In this document: positions 8,978-17,011 of the stretch, piece by piece | Layout of the letters: each line of letters opens with the position of its first letter | How positions within the stretch are numbered: the stretch's first letter is position 1 | IMG/VR virus record: IMGVR_UViG_2875722834_000002 | Location: 1 to 39,992 of that record | Strand: one strand, 5' to 3' | Origin: a virus | Lineage: Duplodnaviria > Heunggongvirae > Uroviricota > Caudoviricetes | DNA: 39,992 nucleotides | Notes under the pieces: generated by a model | The model's input: only the letters and a program-made list of their open reading frames with translations | Databases searched by the model: none | Told to the model about the DNA's origin: nothing | Made by a program: the position numbers and the translations under genes

Positions 8978-9630
8978 TGAGTAATAAATATTGCCAGGCG
9001 CTGGTGGAACTGCGGAACAAACCAGCCCATGAACTGAAGGAAGTGGGCGATCAGTGGCGCACGCCGGACAACATTTTCTGGGGAATTAACACCCTGTTTG
9101 GCCCGTTTGTTCTGGATCTGTTTACTGACGGTGATAACGCCAAATGTGCCGCGTATTACACGGCGGAAGATAACGCGCTGGCGCATGACTGGTCAGAACG
9201 TCTTGCGGAGCTTAAAGGTGCTGCCTTTGGTAATCCCCCATACAGCCGCGCCAGTCAGCATGAGGGGCAATACATCACCGGCATGCGTTACATCATGAAA
9301 CATGCCAGTGCCATGCGTGATAAGGGCGGGCGCTATGTTTTCCTGATCAAAGCTGCCACCAGCGAAGTGTGGTGGCCGGAAGATGCGGACCATATTGCTT
9401 TTATTCGCGGGCGTATTGGTTTTGAACTGCCTGCCTGGTTTATCCCGAAGGACGAGAAGCAGGTGCCGACAGGAGCGTTCTTCGCTGGTGCTATTGCTGT
9501 TTTCGACAAGACCTGGAAGGGACCGGCAATCAGCTACATCGGGCGCGATGAACTTGAGGCATGTGGTGAGGCCTTTCTGGCGCAGGTTCGCCAGCAGGCA
9601 GAAAAACTTGTCAGGGAGATGGCGGCATGA
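8977..9630 (+). CDS. Phage Dam-like DNA N6-adenine methyltransferase
   Basis: Start at 8977 (TAATG overlap with the upstream stop); catalytic NPPY motif in ...GAAFGNPPYSRASQ... Confidence 0.75.
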   Translation: MSNKYCQALVELRNKPAHELKEVGDQWRTPDNIFWGINTLFGPFVLDLFTDGDNAKCAAYYTAEDNALAHDWSERLAELKGAAFGNPPYSRASQHEGQYITGMRYIMKHASAMRDKGGRYVFLIKAATSEVWWPEDADHIAFIRGRIGFELPAWFIPKDEKQVPTGAFFAGAIAVFDKTWKGPAISYIGRDELEACGEAFLAQVRQQAEKLVREMAA

Positions 9631-9953
9631 CGACGTTAACTCAATGCCAGCAGCAGGTGCTGGATATGCTGATTTCTTACCAGAAAGAGCGTGGCTTTCC
9701 GCCAACCAATCAGGAGGTGGCAACCATGCTGGGATACCGTTCAGTGAATGCAGCGGTAGAGCATCTTCGCGCACTGGAGAAAAAAGGCGTCATCACGATA
9801 AAGCGTGGCGTGGCCCGGGGGATAACGCTTCATACCGCGGTGAAGGACGACGACAGCGAGGCGGTCGGGATTATCCGCGCACTGCTTGCCGGTGAGGAAA
9901 ACGCAAGGCTGCGTGCAGCCCACTGGTTACATGAGAGGGGCCTGAAAGTATGA
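9627..9953 (+). CDS. LexA-N-terminal-like winged-helix DNA-binding protein
   Basis: 108 aa; N-terminus QQQVLDMLISYQKERGFPPTNQEVATMLGYRS resembles the LexA DNA-binding domain. Confidence 0.5.
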   Translation: MTTLTQCQQQVLDMLISYQKERGFPPTNQEVATMLGYRSVNAAVEHLRALEKKGVITIKRGVARGITLHTAVKDDDSEAVGIIRALLAGEENARLRAAHWLHERGLKV

Positions 9954-10339
9954 AGCTGATCCTGCCTTTTCCGCCCAGCGTGAACACGTACTGGCGACAC
10001 CCCAACAAAGGGGCGTTTGCAGGTAAGAGCCTGATAAGCGCGGCGGGGCGAAAATTCCAGAGCGCGGCGTGCGCAGCAATAGTTGAGCAGTTACGTCGTC
10101 TGCCGAAACCAACGTCGGCACCTGCTTCAGTGGAGATCGTGTTGTTTCCTCCGGATAACCGGATCCGCGATCTGGACAACTATAACAAGGCGCTGTTTGA
10201 CGCCCTGACCCACGCGGGTGTGTGGGAAGACGACAGTCAGGTGAAAAGGATGCTGGTGGAGTGGGGACCGGTTATCCCGGAAGGGAAGGTCGAGATCACC
10301 ATCAGTAAGTACGAGAAAACGGCGGGTGCAGCCGCCTGA
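9950..10339 (+). CDS. rusA: Holliday-junction resolvase RusA
   Basis: N-terminus MKLILPFPPSVNTYWRH and the ...RDLDNYNKALFDALT... Asp motif typical of RusA. Confidence 0.8.
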   Translation: MKLILPFPPSVNTYWRHPNKGAFAGKSLISAAGRKFQSAACAAIVEQLRRLPKPTSAPASVEIVLFPPDNRIRDLDNYNKALFDALTHAGVWEDDSQVKRMLVEWGPVIPEGKVEITISKYEKTAGAAA

Positions 10340-10358
10340 TCAAGAGGAGAAACGAAGT

Positions 10359-11168
10359 ATGAATAATCTGATGGTCATTGATGGTATTGAAGTTCGTCGT
10401 GATGCTTATGGGCGTTACAGCCTGAACGATCTGCATCGCGCAGCAGTAGCATCTGGTGCAAATGCCAGAACCAAGGAGCCAGGAAAGTTTCTTTCCAGCC
10501 AACAAACTGTTGAACTTGTTCATGAATTGACCAACACCCAGAATTTGGGTGTTGATCCGGTGAGTGTGATTCATGGGGGAAATGAACGGGGAACGTATGT
10601 CTGCAAGGAACTGGTGTATGCCTATGCAATGTGGATCAGCCCGTCATTCCATCTGAAGGTGATCCGTACTTTCGATATGGTAACCAGCACACCGGAAAAA
10701 TTATCCGGGCAGGCTGCTGACAAGATGCAGGCTGGCGTGATTCTGCTGGACTTTATGCGCCGGGAGTTAAACCTGTCTAACTCTTCAGTGCTTGGTGCCT
10801 GTCAGAAACTCCAGGAGGCTGTTGGCTTACCGAATCTGGCACCGCGCTATGCCATTGATGCACCTGCTGACGCGCCTGATGGCTCAAGCCGCCCGACGCT
10901 GTCGCTGAGTGCACTGCTGAAGCAGTATGGTATCCGCCTGACGGCTAATCAGGCATATCACCAGATGGTGAAGCTGGGGATCGTCGAGCAGCGCGAACGA
11001 TACAGCCGTACCGGGATTAACAACATCAAAAAATTCTGGTCGCTGACGGCGAAAGGCTGCATGTTCGGCAAGAACATCACCAGTCCCGCAAATCCGCGTG
11101 AGACGCAGCCGCATTTCTTCGAATCCCGATTCCCTGAGCTGTTAAAGCTGCTCGATACCGTTCATTGA
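10359..11168 (+). CDS. KilA-N domain protein (antirepressor-like)
   Basis: ATG at 10359 with AGGAGA RBS; N-terminal KilA-N-like region ...RYSLNDLHRAAV...KELVYAYAMWISPSFHLKVIRTF. Confidence 0.65.
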   Translation: MNNLMVIDGIEVRRDAYGRYSLNDLHRAAVASGANARTKEPGKFLSSQQTVELVHELTNTQNLGVDPVSVIHGGNERGTYVCKELVYAYAMWISPSFHLKVIRTFDMVTSTPEKLSGQAADKMQAGVILLDFMRRELNLSNSSVLGACQKLQEAVGLPNLAPRYAIDAPADAPDGSSRPTLSLSALLKQYGIRLTANQAYHQMVKLGIVEQRERYSRTGINNIKKFWSLTAKGCMFGKNITSPANPRETQPHFFESRFPELLKLLDTVH

Positions 11169-11169
11169 G

Positions 11170-12165
11170 GTGACCGTGAGAGCACTACTGACCCCTGAAA
11201 TTGCCCCGCGTATGGGGATTGTATTGTTCAGACCAGGTTCAGAGCTGATGCCCCTGTTTATGCAGGGGCGTGTCCTGCTGGAGCCTGAGCCGGAACGTTA
11301 TTCATCTTTCGCCAGTGGTGCCGTTCCGGCGGCATCACAACCGCTGGCGGATGATCCTGCCGTTAGGGCCGTGTTCCGCAATGAGGCAGTGATCCGTCGT
11401 GCTGGTGGCGTGGAATGTCTTGAAAGCTGGTTACTTCGTGAAAAAGGCTGCCAGTGGCCTCATTCCGACTGGCACAGCGAGAACATGACCACAATGCGAC
11501 ACGCGCCGGGCGCGATCCGTCTGTGCTGGCACTGCGATAACCAGCTGCGCGATCAGTTCACGGAACGGCTGGAATCAATGGCAACGGATAACTGTGCCCG
11601 CTGGGTGTTGTCTGTAGTCCGTCTGGATCTCGGTTTTGATGATAACCATGCCGTGACAATGCCGGAACTGTGCTGGTGGCTGATTCGTAATGACCTGGCG
11701 GATGCCTTACCGGAAAGTGCAGCCCGTAAGGCACTGAGATTACCGAAGCCTGTTGTGCCGTCTGTCACCCGGGAAAGTGACCTTGTGCCTTCGGTTCCTG
11801 CCACCAGCATCATCCAGGATAAGGCGAAAAAGGTGCTGGCGCTGAAAGTGGATCCGGAGTCGCCGGAGTCTTTTATGTTACGCCCAAAACGCCGCCGCTG
11901 GGTTAATGAAAAGTACACGCGCTGGGTTAAGACACAGCCGTGTGCATGTTGTGGAAAGCCTGCTGATGATCCCCACCACCTGATAGGCCACGGTCAGGGT
12001 GGAATGGGTACAAAAGCGCATGACCTCTTTGTGTTGCCTTTGTGCAGAAAGCATCACGACGAGCTGCATGCGGATACCGTGGCATTTGAAGAGAAGTATG
12101 GCTCTCAGCTGGAGCTGATATTTCGTTTTATCGATCGTGCGCTGGCAATTGGCGTATTGGCGTAA
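11170..12165 (+). CDS. DUF968-like phage protein with C-terminal HNH-like Cys/His cluster
   Basis: GTG start at 11170; C-terminal CACCGKPADDPHHLIGHG...CRKHHDELH. Confidence 0.6.
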   Translation: MTVRALLTPEIAPRMGIVLFRPGSELMPLFMQGRVLLEPEPERYSSFASGAVPAASQPLADDPAVRAVFRNEAVIRRAGGVECLESWLLREKGCQWPHSDWHSENMTTMRHAPGAIRLCWHCDNQLRDQFTERLESMATDNCARWVLSVVRLDLGFDDNHAVTMPELCWWLIRNDLADALPESAARKALRLPKPVVPSVTRESDLVPSVPATSIIQDKAKKVLALKVDPESPESFMLRPKRRRWVNEKYTRWVKTQPCACCGKPADDPHHLIGHGQGGMGTKAHDLFVLPLCRKHHDELHADTVAFEEKYGSQLELIFRFIDRALAIGVLA

Positions 12166-12178
12166 GTGGAGAACGAGC

Positions 12179-12931
12179 ATGAACCTTGAAGCCTTACCAA
12201 AATATTACTCCCCAAAATCTCCAAAATTGAGCGATGACGCACCGGCGACAGGCTCAGGTGGTTTAACGATTACGGATGTGATGGCTGCGCAGGGGATGGT
12301 GCAGTCGAAAGCACCGCTTGGGTTTGCCTTATTCCTGGCAAAAGTTGGTGTTCAGGATCCTCAATTTGCGATTGAAGGTCTGCTCAATTACGCGATGGCA
12401 CTGGATAACCCGACATTGAACAAATTGAGTGAAGAAACCCGGTTACAGATCATCCCTTACCTTGTGAATTTTGCCTTTGCTGATTATTCCAGGTCTGCGG
12501 CAAGTAAGGCTCGCTGTGAGCATTGTGCTGGTACTGGATTTCATAATGTATTGCGCGAAGTGGTGAAACACTCCAGAAGCGGGGAATCTGTTATCAAGGA
12601 AGAGTGGGTGAAGGAACTATGTCAGCATTGTCATGGTAAGGGAGAAGTCAGCACAGCGTGCAGAGGGTGTAAGGGTAAAGGTATTGTCCTGGATGAAAAA
12701 AGGACCCGGCTTCATGGCACGCCTGTTTATAAGATTTGTGGGCGTTGCAATGGAAACCGGTTTAGCCGTTTACCAACCACACTGGCGCGGCATCATGTCC
12801 AGAAGCTGGTACCAGACCTGACGGATTATCAGTGGTACAAAGGATATGCAGATGTCATTGATAAACTGGTTACAAAGTGCTGGCAGGAAGAAGCATATGC
12901 AGAGATACAATTGAGAAAGGTGACAAGATAA
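12179..12931 (+). CDS. Late-gene antiterminator Q
   Basis: ATG at 12179 with GGAG RBS; zinc-binding CxxC...CxxC cluster (CEHCAGTG...CQHCHGKG); sits directly upstream of a promoter/terminator pair and the lysis cassette. Confidence 0.7.
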   Translation: MNLEALPKYYSPKSPKLSDDAPATGSGGLTITDVMAAQGMVQSKAPLGFALFLAKVGVQDPQFAIEGLLNYAMALDNPTLNKLSEETRLQIIPYLVNFAFADYSRSAASKARCEHCAGTGFHNVLREVVKHSRSGESVIKEEWVKELCQHCHGKGEVSTACRGCKGKGIVLDEKRTRLHGTPVYKICGRCNGNRFSRLPTTLARHHVQKLVPDLTDYQWYKGYADVIDKLVTKCWQEEAYAEIQLRKVTR

Positions 12932-12962
12932 ATGGTTTTCGCCGAAGATGACGACATGATGC

Positions 12963-12991
12963 TTGCATTTTTCAAAAAATATGGATAAGAT
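12963..12991 (+). promoter_or_regulatory. Putative late promoter (PR'-like)
   Basis: -35 TTGCAT (12963-12968), 17-nt spacer, -10 TAAGAT (12986-12991), just downstream of Q. Confidence 0.4.
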
Positions 12992-13039
12992 TTTCCCAAC
13001 GATGGGCTTTGTATGTCTACCGTTGATAAGATTTAGGAA

Positions 13040-13062
13040 CCCGCCACTGAGCGGGTTTTTTG
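13040..13062 (+). terminator. tR'-like intrinsic terminator (expected target of Q antitermination)
   Basis: Hairpin cccgc-cactga-gcggg followed by TTTTTT, about 50-65 nt after the putative late promoter. Confidence 0.55.
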
Positions 13063-13159
13063 TACCTGTAAACTTGGTGCAGTACAGTAAACACGCTGGT
13101 GGTCGTGAATACTGACTTTTTATCTTGCTGGATTTTTAGACAAGAGTTATTGGTATGTC

Positions 13160-13387
13160 ATGTTAACCAGAAGGGAAAAAGACATGCTAAAACAGAAAGA
13201 TATGACAGAAACCGCCGCCGCAGTCCTTCATTTCTTACCTGCTGACAAGTGGGTAACGCCACGCATGATGACGAGAACTACCGGAGTAAGCGAAGCCCGG
13301 TGCCAGTTAATACTGACTCAGTTAGTTCTGGCGGGTCTGGCGAAGGATAACGGCGGGTACGGGAATAAATTCAGACGCTGCCAGTAA
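13160..13387 (+). CDS. Small winged-helix protein, PapI/FaeA-like (putative); start may be the internal ATG at 13184
   Basis: 75-aa ORF; central region ...VLHFLPADKWVTPRMMTRTTGVSEARCQLILTQLVLAGLAKD resembles FaeA/PapI regulators. Confidence 0.45.
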   Translation: MLTRREKDMLKQKDMTETAAAVLHFLPADKWVTPRMMTRTTGVSEARCQLILTQLVLAGLAKDNGGYGNKFRRCQ

Positions 13388-13537
13388 TGGCGGTTTCCTG
13401 CTGTGAAAATGGGCGGCTGGTGGGTGTTGGTAGCACCTGCCAGCCATTCGCTCATGCTTACTGGTCACAAGCGAACCACGGCCCACTGCTTTAGCGCAAA
13501 AGCAGAGTGAGCCTACCAGAGTTACGCTTACTGATCC

Positions 13538-14590
13538 ATGAAAAATACTGTAAAAATAAACAGTGTTGATTTAATCAACGCTGATTGCCTGCATTTTATT
13601 CAGTCCTTGCCTGATGATTCCATTGATCTGATTGTTACCGATCCGCCGTACTTCAAAGTGAAGCCCAACGGCTGGGACAATCAGTGGAAAGGGGACGAAG
13701 ATTACCTGAAGTGGCTGGACTACTGTCTGGCCCAGTTCTGGCGGGTACTGAAACCAGCCGGAAGCCTTTACCTGTTCTGTGGACATCGCCTCGCATCTGA
13801 TATCGAGATCATGATGCGTGAACGTTTCAACGTGCTTAACCATATCATCTGGGCGAAGCCGTCCGGACGATGGAACGGGTGTAATAAAGAAAGCCTGCGG
13901 GCATATTTCCCCGCTACAGAGCGCGTTCTGTTTGCTGAACATTACCAGGGGCCATATCGCGGCAAAAGTGACGGCTATGCGGCAAAAGAAAGGGAACTCA
14001 AACAGCACATAATGGCACCGCTGATATCGTATTTCAGGGATGCTCGTGCCGAACTGGGTATAACGGCAAAACAAATTGCCGAAGCCACAGGTAAGAAAAA
14101 TATGGTTTCCCACTGGTTTGGTGCCAGTCAGTGGCAGTTGCCGAATGAGGCTGACTATCGGAAGTTACAGGCACTGTTTTCCCGTATAGCGGCAGAGAAG
14201 TTTCAGGAACAACAACTGGAACAACCACACCACCAGCTGGTGGCATCTTATGATTCACTGAATCGCAAATATTCTGAATTGCTGGATGAGTTTAAATCTC
14301 TCCGGCGCTATTTCTCCGTATCAGTCTCCGTGCCTTATACCGATGTCTGGACGCATAAGCCCGTTCAGTTCTACCCGGGTAAACATCCGTGCGAGAAACC
14401 GGCGGATATGCTCCGGCAAATAATCAATGCCAGTAGTCGACCTGGTGATCTGGTTGCTGATTTCTTTATGGGATCCGGTTCCACAATAAAAGCAGCAATG
14501 GCGCTGGGGCGTCGGGCGTTAGGTGTTGAACTTGAGTCAGAGCGGTTTAATCAGACGGTGAAAGAGGTAAGTGAACTGGTGGGGAAATAA
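13538..14590 (+). CDS. Orphan DNA methyltransferase (DPPY motif; N6-adenine or N4-cytosine class)
   Basis: Catalytic motif IVTDPPYF near the N-terminus and an AdoMet-binding-like FFMGSGST near the C-terminus; no adjacent restriction endonuclease. Confidence 0.8.
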   Translation: MKNTVKINSVDLINADCLHFIQSLPDDSIDLIVTDPPYFKVKPNGWDNQWKGDEDYLKWLDYCLAQFWRVLKPAGSLYLFCGHRLASDIEIMMRERFNVLNHIIWAKPSGRWNGCNKESLRAYFPATERVLFAEHYQGPYRGKSDGYAAKERELKQHIMAPLISYFRDARAELGITAKQIAEATGKKNMVSHWFGASQWQLPNEADYRKLQALFSRIAAEKFQEQQLEQPHHQLVASYDSLNRKYSELLDEFKSLRRYFSVSVSVPYTDVWTHKPVQFYPGKHPCEKPADMLRQIINASSRPGDLVADFFMGSGSTIKAAMALGRRALGVELESERFNQTVKEVSELVGK

Positions 14591-14596
14591 TTCTGG

Positions 14597-14623
14597 TGGC
14601 CACGTTGCGTGGCCTTTTTATTT
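14597..14623 (+). terminator. Intrinsic terminator after the methyltransferase gene
   Basis: Hairpin tggccacg-ttg-cgtggcc followed by tttttatttcc. Confidence 0.6.
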
Positions 14624-14666
14624 CCAACACAGCACCCGCAAATATCGCGAGGTGAGAGATGACGAA

Positions 14667-15002
14667 ATGCCTCATAACCCAAATACCTGGCCGGACTGGC
14701 TGGAGTTGTTTCAGAGCTGGTGGCGTGGAGACACACCGCTGGGTGCAGTGATTATGTCGATCGTTATGGCTGGTTTGCGCATCGCCTATTTTGGCGGTGG
14801 TGGTGGCTGGAAGCGAAAAACGCTCGAGATTTTGCTATGTGGCGCTCTGACGCTGACCTTTGCATCCGCTCTTGAATATGTCGGATGGCCTAAATCGCTT
14901 TCTGTTGCCATTGGTGGTGGCGTGGGGCTGATCGGTGTCGATGCTATTCGTGGGGCTGCAATGCGAGTAATCGGTAACAAATTTGGTAGCTCGAAGGAGT
15001 AA
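14667..15002 (+). CDS. Holin (lambda S-like class I)
   Basis: ATG at 14667; about 111 aa with hydrophobic transmembrane segments and a charged C-terminus; first gene of the lysis cassette. Confidence 0.75.
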   Translation: MPHNPNTWPDWLELFQSWWRGDTPLGAVIMSIVMAGLRIAYFGGGGGWKRKTLEILLCGALTLTFASALEYVGWPKSLSVAIGGGVGLIGVDAIRGAAMRVIGNKFGSSKE

Positions 15003-15005
15003 TTT

Positions 15006-15482
15006 ATGCAGGCACTAAATTCCCAGCGTAAAGCTTTCCTGGATATGGTGGCATGGTCAGAAGGAACGGATAACGGGCGACAACCGACACGTAACCACGG
15101 TTATGATGTTATTGTTGGTGGCGAACTGTTCACTGATTACTCCGATCACCCTCGCAAACTTGTCACGCTAAACCCCAAACTCAAATCAACAGCTGCCGGA
15201 CGTTACCAGCTTCTTTCACGCTGGTGGGATGCTTACCGTAAACAGCTTGGCCTGAAAGATTTTTCTCCAGAAAGCCAGGACGCTGTAGCTCTGCAGCAGA
15301 TTAAAGAGCGTGGTGCTTTACCGATGATTGACCGCGGCAGTATTCGTCAGGCAATCGACCGTTGCAGCAATATCTGGGCGTCGTTACCTGGTGCAGGTTA
15401 CGGTCAGTATGAACATAAAATCGGTGACCTGATTGCCCGATTTAAAAAAGCTGGTGGGGTAGTAAATGAAGCTGAGATATAA
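15006..15482 (+). CDS. Endolysin, lambda R-type lytic transglycosylase
   Basis: Near-identity over long stretches to lambda R as recalled (NSQRKAFLDMVAWSEGTDNGRQ...HGYDVIVGGELFTDYSDHPRKLVTLNPKLKST...GRYQLLSRWWDAYRKQLGLKDFSP). Confidence 0.9.
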   Translation: MQALNSQRKAFLDMVAWSEGTDNGRQPTRNHGYDVIVGGELFTDYSDHPRKLVTLNPKLKSTAAGRYQLLSRWWDAYRKQLGLKDFSPESQDAVALQQIKERGALPMIDRGSIRQAIDRCSNIWASLPGAGYGQYEHKIGDLIARFKKAGGVVNEAEI

Positions 15483-15858
15483 GCTGGTTATTGTTGCCTT
15501 CGTTGTTAGCGTCATTGGTTCCTTCATCTGGTCTGCTGGACATTACTACAGCAAATATCAGCACGAAAAGGAGCGTGCTGATGAGGCTGTACGAAATGCT
15601 GAATCAGCAACTGCCATTACCCGTAACGTTCTGCAATCACTGCAAATCATCAATACAGTTATAGAGGCTAACCAGCATGCAAAACAGCAGATCGCACTGG
15701 AGTCACAGAGAACCCAGGAAGATATCAAAGTGGCTGTTGCGGATGATGATTGTGCTTCACGTCATGTGCCTGCTGCCGCTGCTGACCGGTTGCGGAAGTA
15801 CGCGAACAGTTTACGTACCGATTCCGGCGGTACCGTTGCCAGCAAGCCTGACTACTGA
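15466..15858 (+). CDS. i-spanin (Rz-like)
   Basis: N-terminal TM segment (LVIVAFVVSVIGSFIW) then a charged helical periplasmic domain; overlaps the endolysin 3' end. Confidence 0.7.
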   Translation: MKLRYKLVIVAFVVSVIGSFIWSAGHYYSKYQHEKERADEAVRNAESATAITRNVLQSLQIINTVIEANQHAKQQIALESQRTQEDIKVAVADDDCASRHVPAAAADRLRKYANSLRTDSGGTVASKPDY

Positions 15859-16015
15859 AACTCCCCAGCCAGTCATTCCCGAGCCGCTGACCTATGGGGC
15901 CAGTCTGGATCTGAATGTGAGCCTGCTTTCGGCGTTGGGACAATGCAATATTGACAAAGCGGGGATTCGAAGTATCGAGATGCGCCGTAACGCTTTGCTG
16001 GCAGCAGGCAAATAG
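15743..16015 (+). CDS. o-spanin (Rz1-like lipoprotein), overlapping and extending past Rz in another frame
   Basis: Signal peptide with lipobox MMIVLHVMCLLPLLTGC followed by a Pro-rich sequence. Confidence 0.65.
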   Translation: MMIVLHVMCLLPLLTGCGSTRTVYVPIPAVPLPASLTTETPQPVIPEPLTYGASLDLNVSLLSALGQCNIDKAGIRSIEMRRNALLAAGK

Positions 16016-16041
16016 TCCGGACAAAGAACAGGAATATATTT

Positions 16042-16392
16042 ATGCCCCCTCGAACTCCAAAAGCCTGCCGCGTTCGCGGCTGCCGTAATACCACGACAGA
16101 CCCGTCAGGCTACTGCGAAAGCCACAAAAGCGAAGGCTGGAAGCAATACAAGTCAGGACAATCCCGTCATCAGCGCGGTTATGGTTCTAAGTGGGATGTT
16201 ATCCGTGTGCGTGTGCTGCAACGTGACAAAGGCCTGTGTCAGTTATGTCTGCGTGCTGGTGTGGCGCGTGAAGCGAAAACCGTTGACCACATCATCCCTA
16301 AAGTACATGGCGGCACTGATGCCGACAGTAATCTGCAGAGTCTGTGCTGGCCGTGTCATAAGGCGAAGACGGCCCGTGAACGGCTTAAGTGA
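16042..16392 (+). CDS. HNH endonuclease (packaging-associated, HK97 gp74-like)
   Basis: Cys/His motifs CRVRGCRN...C...H and ...VDHIIPKVHGGTDADSNLQSLCWPCHKAK; directly upstream of TerS/TerL. Confidence 0.8.
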   Translation: MPPRTPKACRVRGCRNTTTDPSGYCESHKSEGWKQYKSGQSRHQRGYGSKWDVIRVRVLQRDKGLCQLCLRAGVAREAKTVDHIIPKVHGGTDADSNLQSLCWPCHKAKTARERLK

Positions 16393-16516
16393 TAATAACT
16401 CTCAACTGTCTGAGGGGGGGGCGGGTCAAATCTCTGTGACCTGACGTCTTCCGGACTGCCCGCCCCATCGTTTTTTTATACCCGCGAAAAATGAAATTTA
16501 ACCAGGAGTGCCGCAT

Positions 16517-17011
16517 ATGGCTGGAACGGCGGGGCGTTCCGGGCGTCGCCCCAAGCCAACGGCGCGCAAGGCGCTGGCCGGAAACCCCGGCAAGCGAGCC
16601 CTGAATAAAGATGAACCTGTTTTTACGCCCATCAAAGGTGTTGAGCCACCGGAGTGGTTCGCTGAAGAAGATCTCCCTCTCGCCACGATCATGTGGCAAC
16701 TGACAACCAAAGAACTCTGCGGTCAGGGCCTGCTGTGCGTGACTGACCTCGCGGTGCTTGAGCGGTGGTGCGTGGCCTACGAGTTCTGGCGGCGTGCCGT
16801 GAAAAATATTGCCAGACAGGGCAACACCATCACCGGTGCAATGGGTGGCATGGTCAAAAATCCGGAGCTGACCGCCAAGAAAGAACAGGAGTCCGAGATG
16901 AGCAGCACGGGGGCAATGCTCGGACTCGACCCCAGCAGCCGCCAGCGTCTGATTGGCCTGGCGGGGCAGAAGAAAGCCACTAACCCGTTTCTGAAAATCA
17001 TCGAGTCATGA
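16517..17011 (+). CDS. Terminase small subunit (P27-family type)
   Basis: ATG at 16517 preferred over the track's GTG at 16508; N-terminus [14 protein letters not shown]...; position before TerL. Confidence 0.75.
   Translation: MAGTAGRSGRRPKPTARKALAGNPGKRALNKDEPVFTPIKGVEPPEWFAEEDLPLATIMWQLTTKELCGQGLLCVTDLAVLERWCVAYEFWRRAVKNIARQGNTITGAMGGMVKNPELTAKKEQESEMSSTGAMLGLDPSSRQRLIGLAGQKKATNPFLKIIES

Noticed and set aside
13571-14113. 180-aa minus-strand ORF inside the methyltransferase gene
   Set aside because: Antisense to a gene with clear methyltransferase motifs; no independent support.
12932-14590. Shiga toxin or tRNA cargo at the Q-to-holin locus
   Set aside because: No stxA/stxB-like ORFs and no tRNA-like T-loop motifs seen; the locus holds a small winged-helix ORF and a methyltransferase instead.
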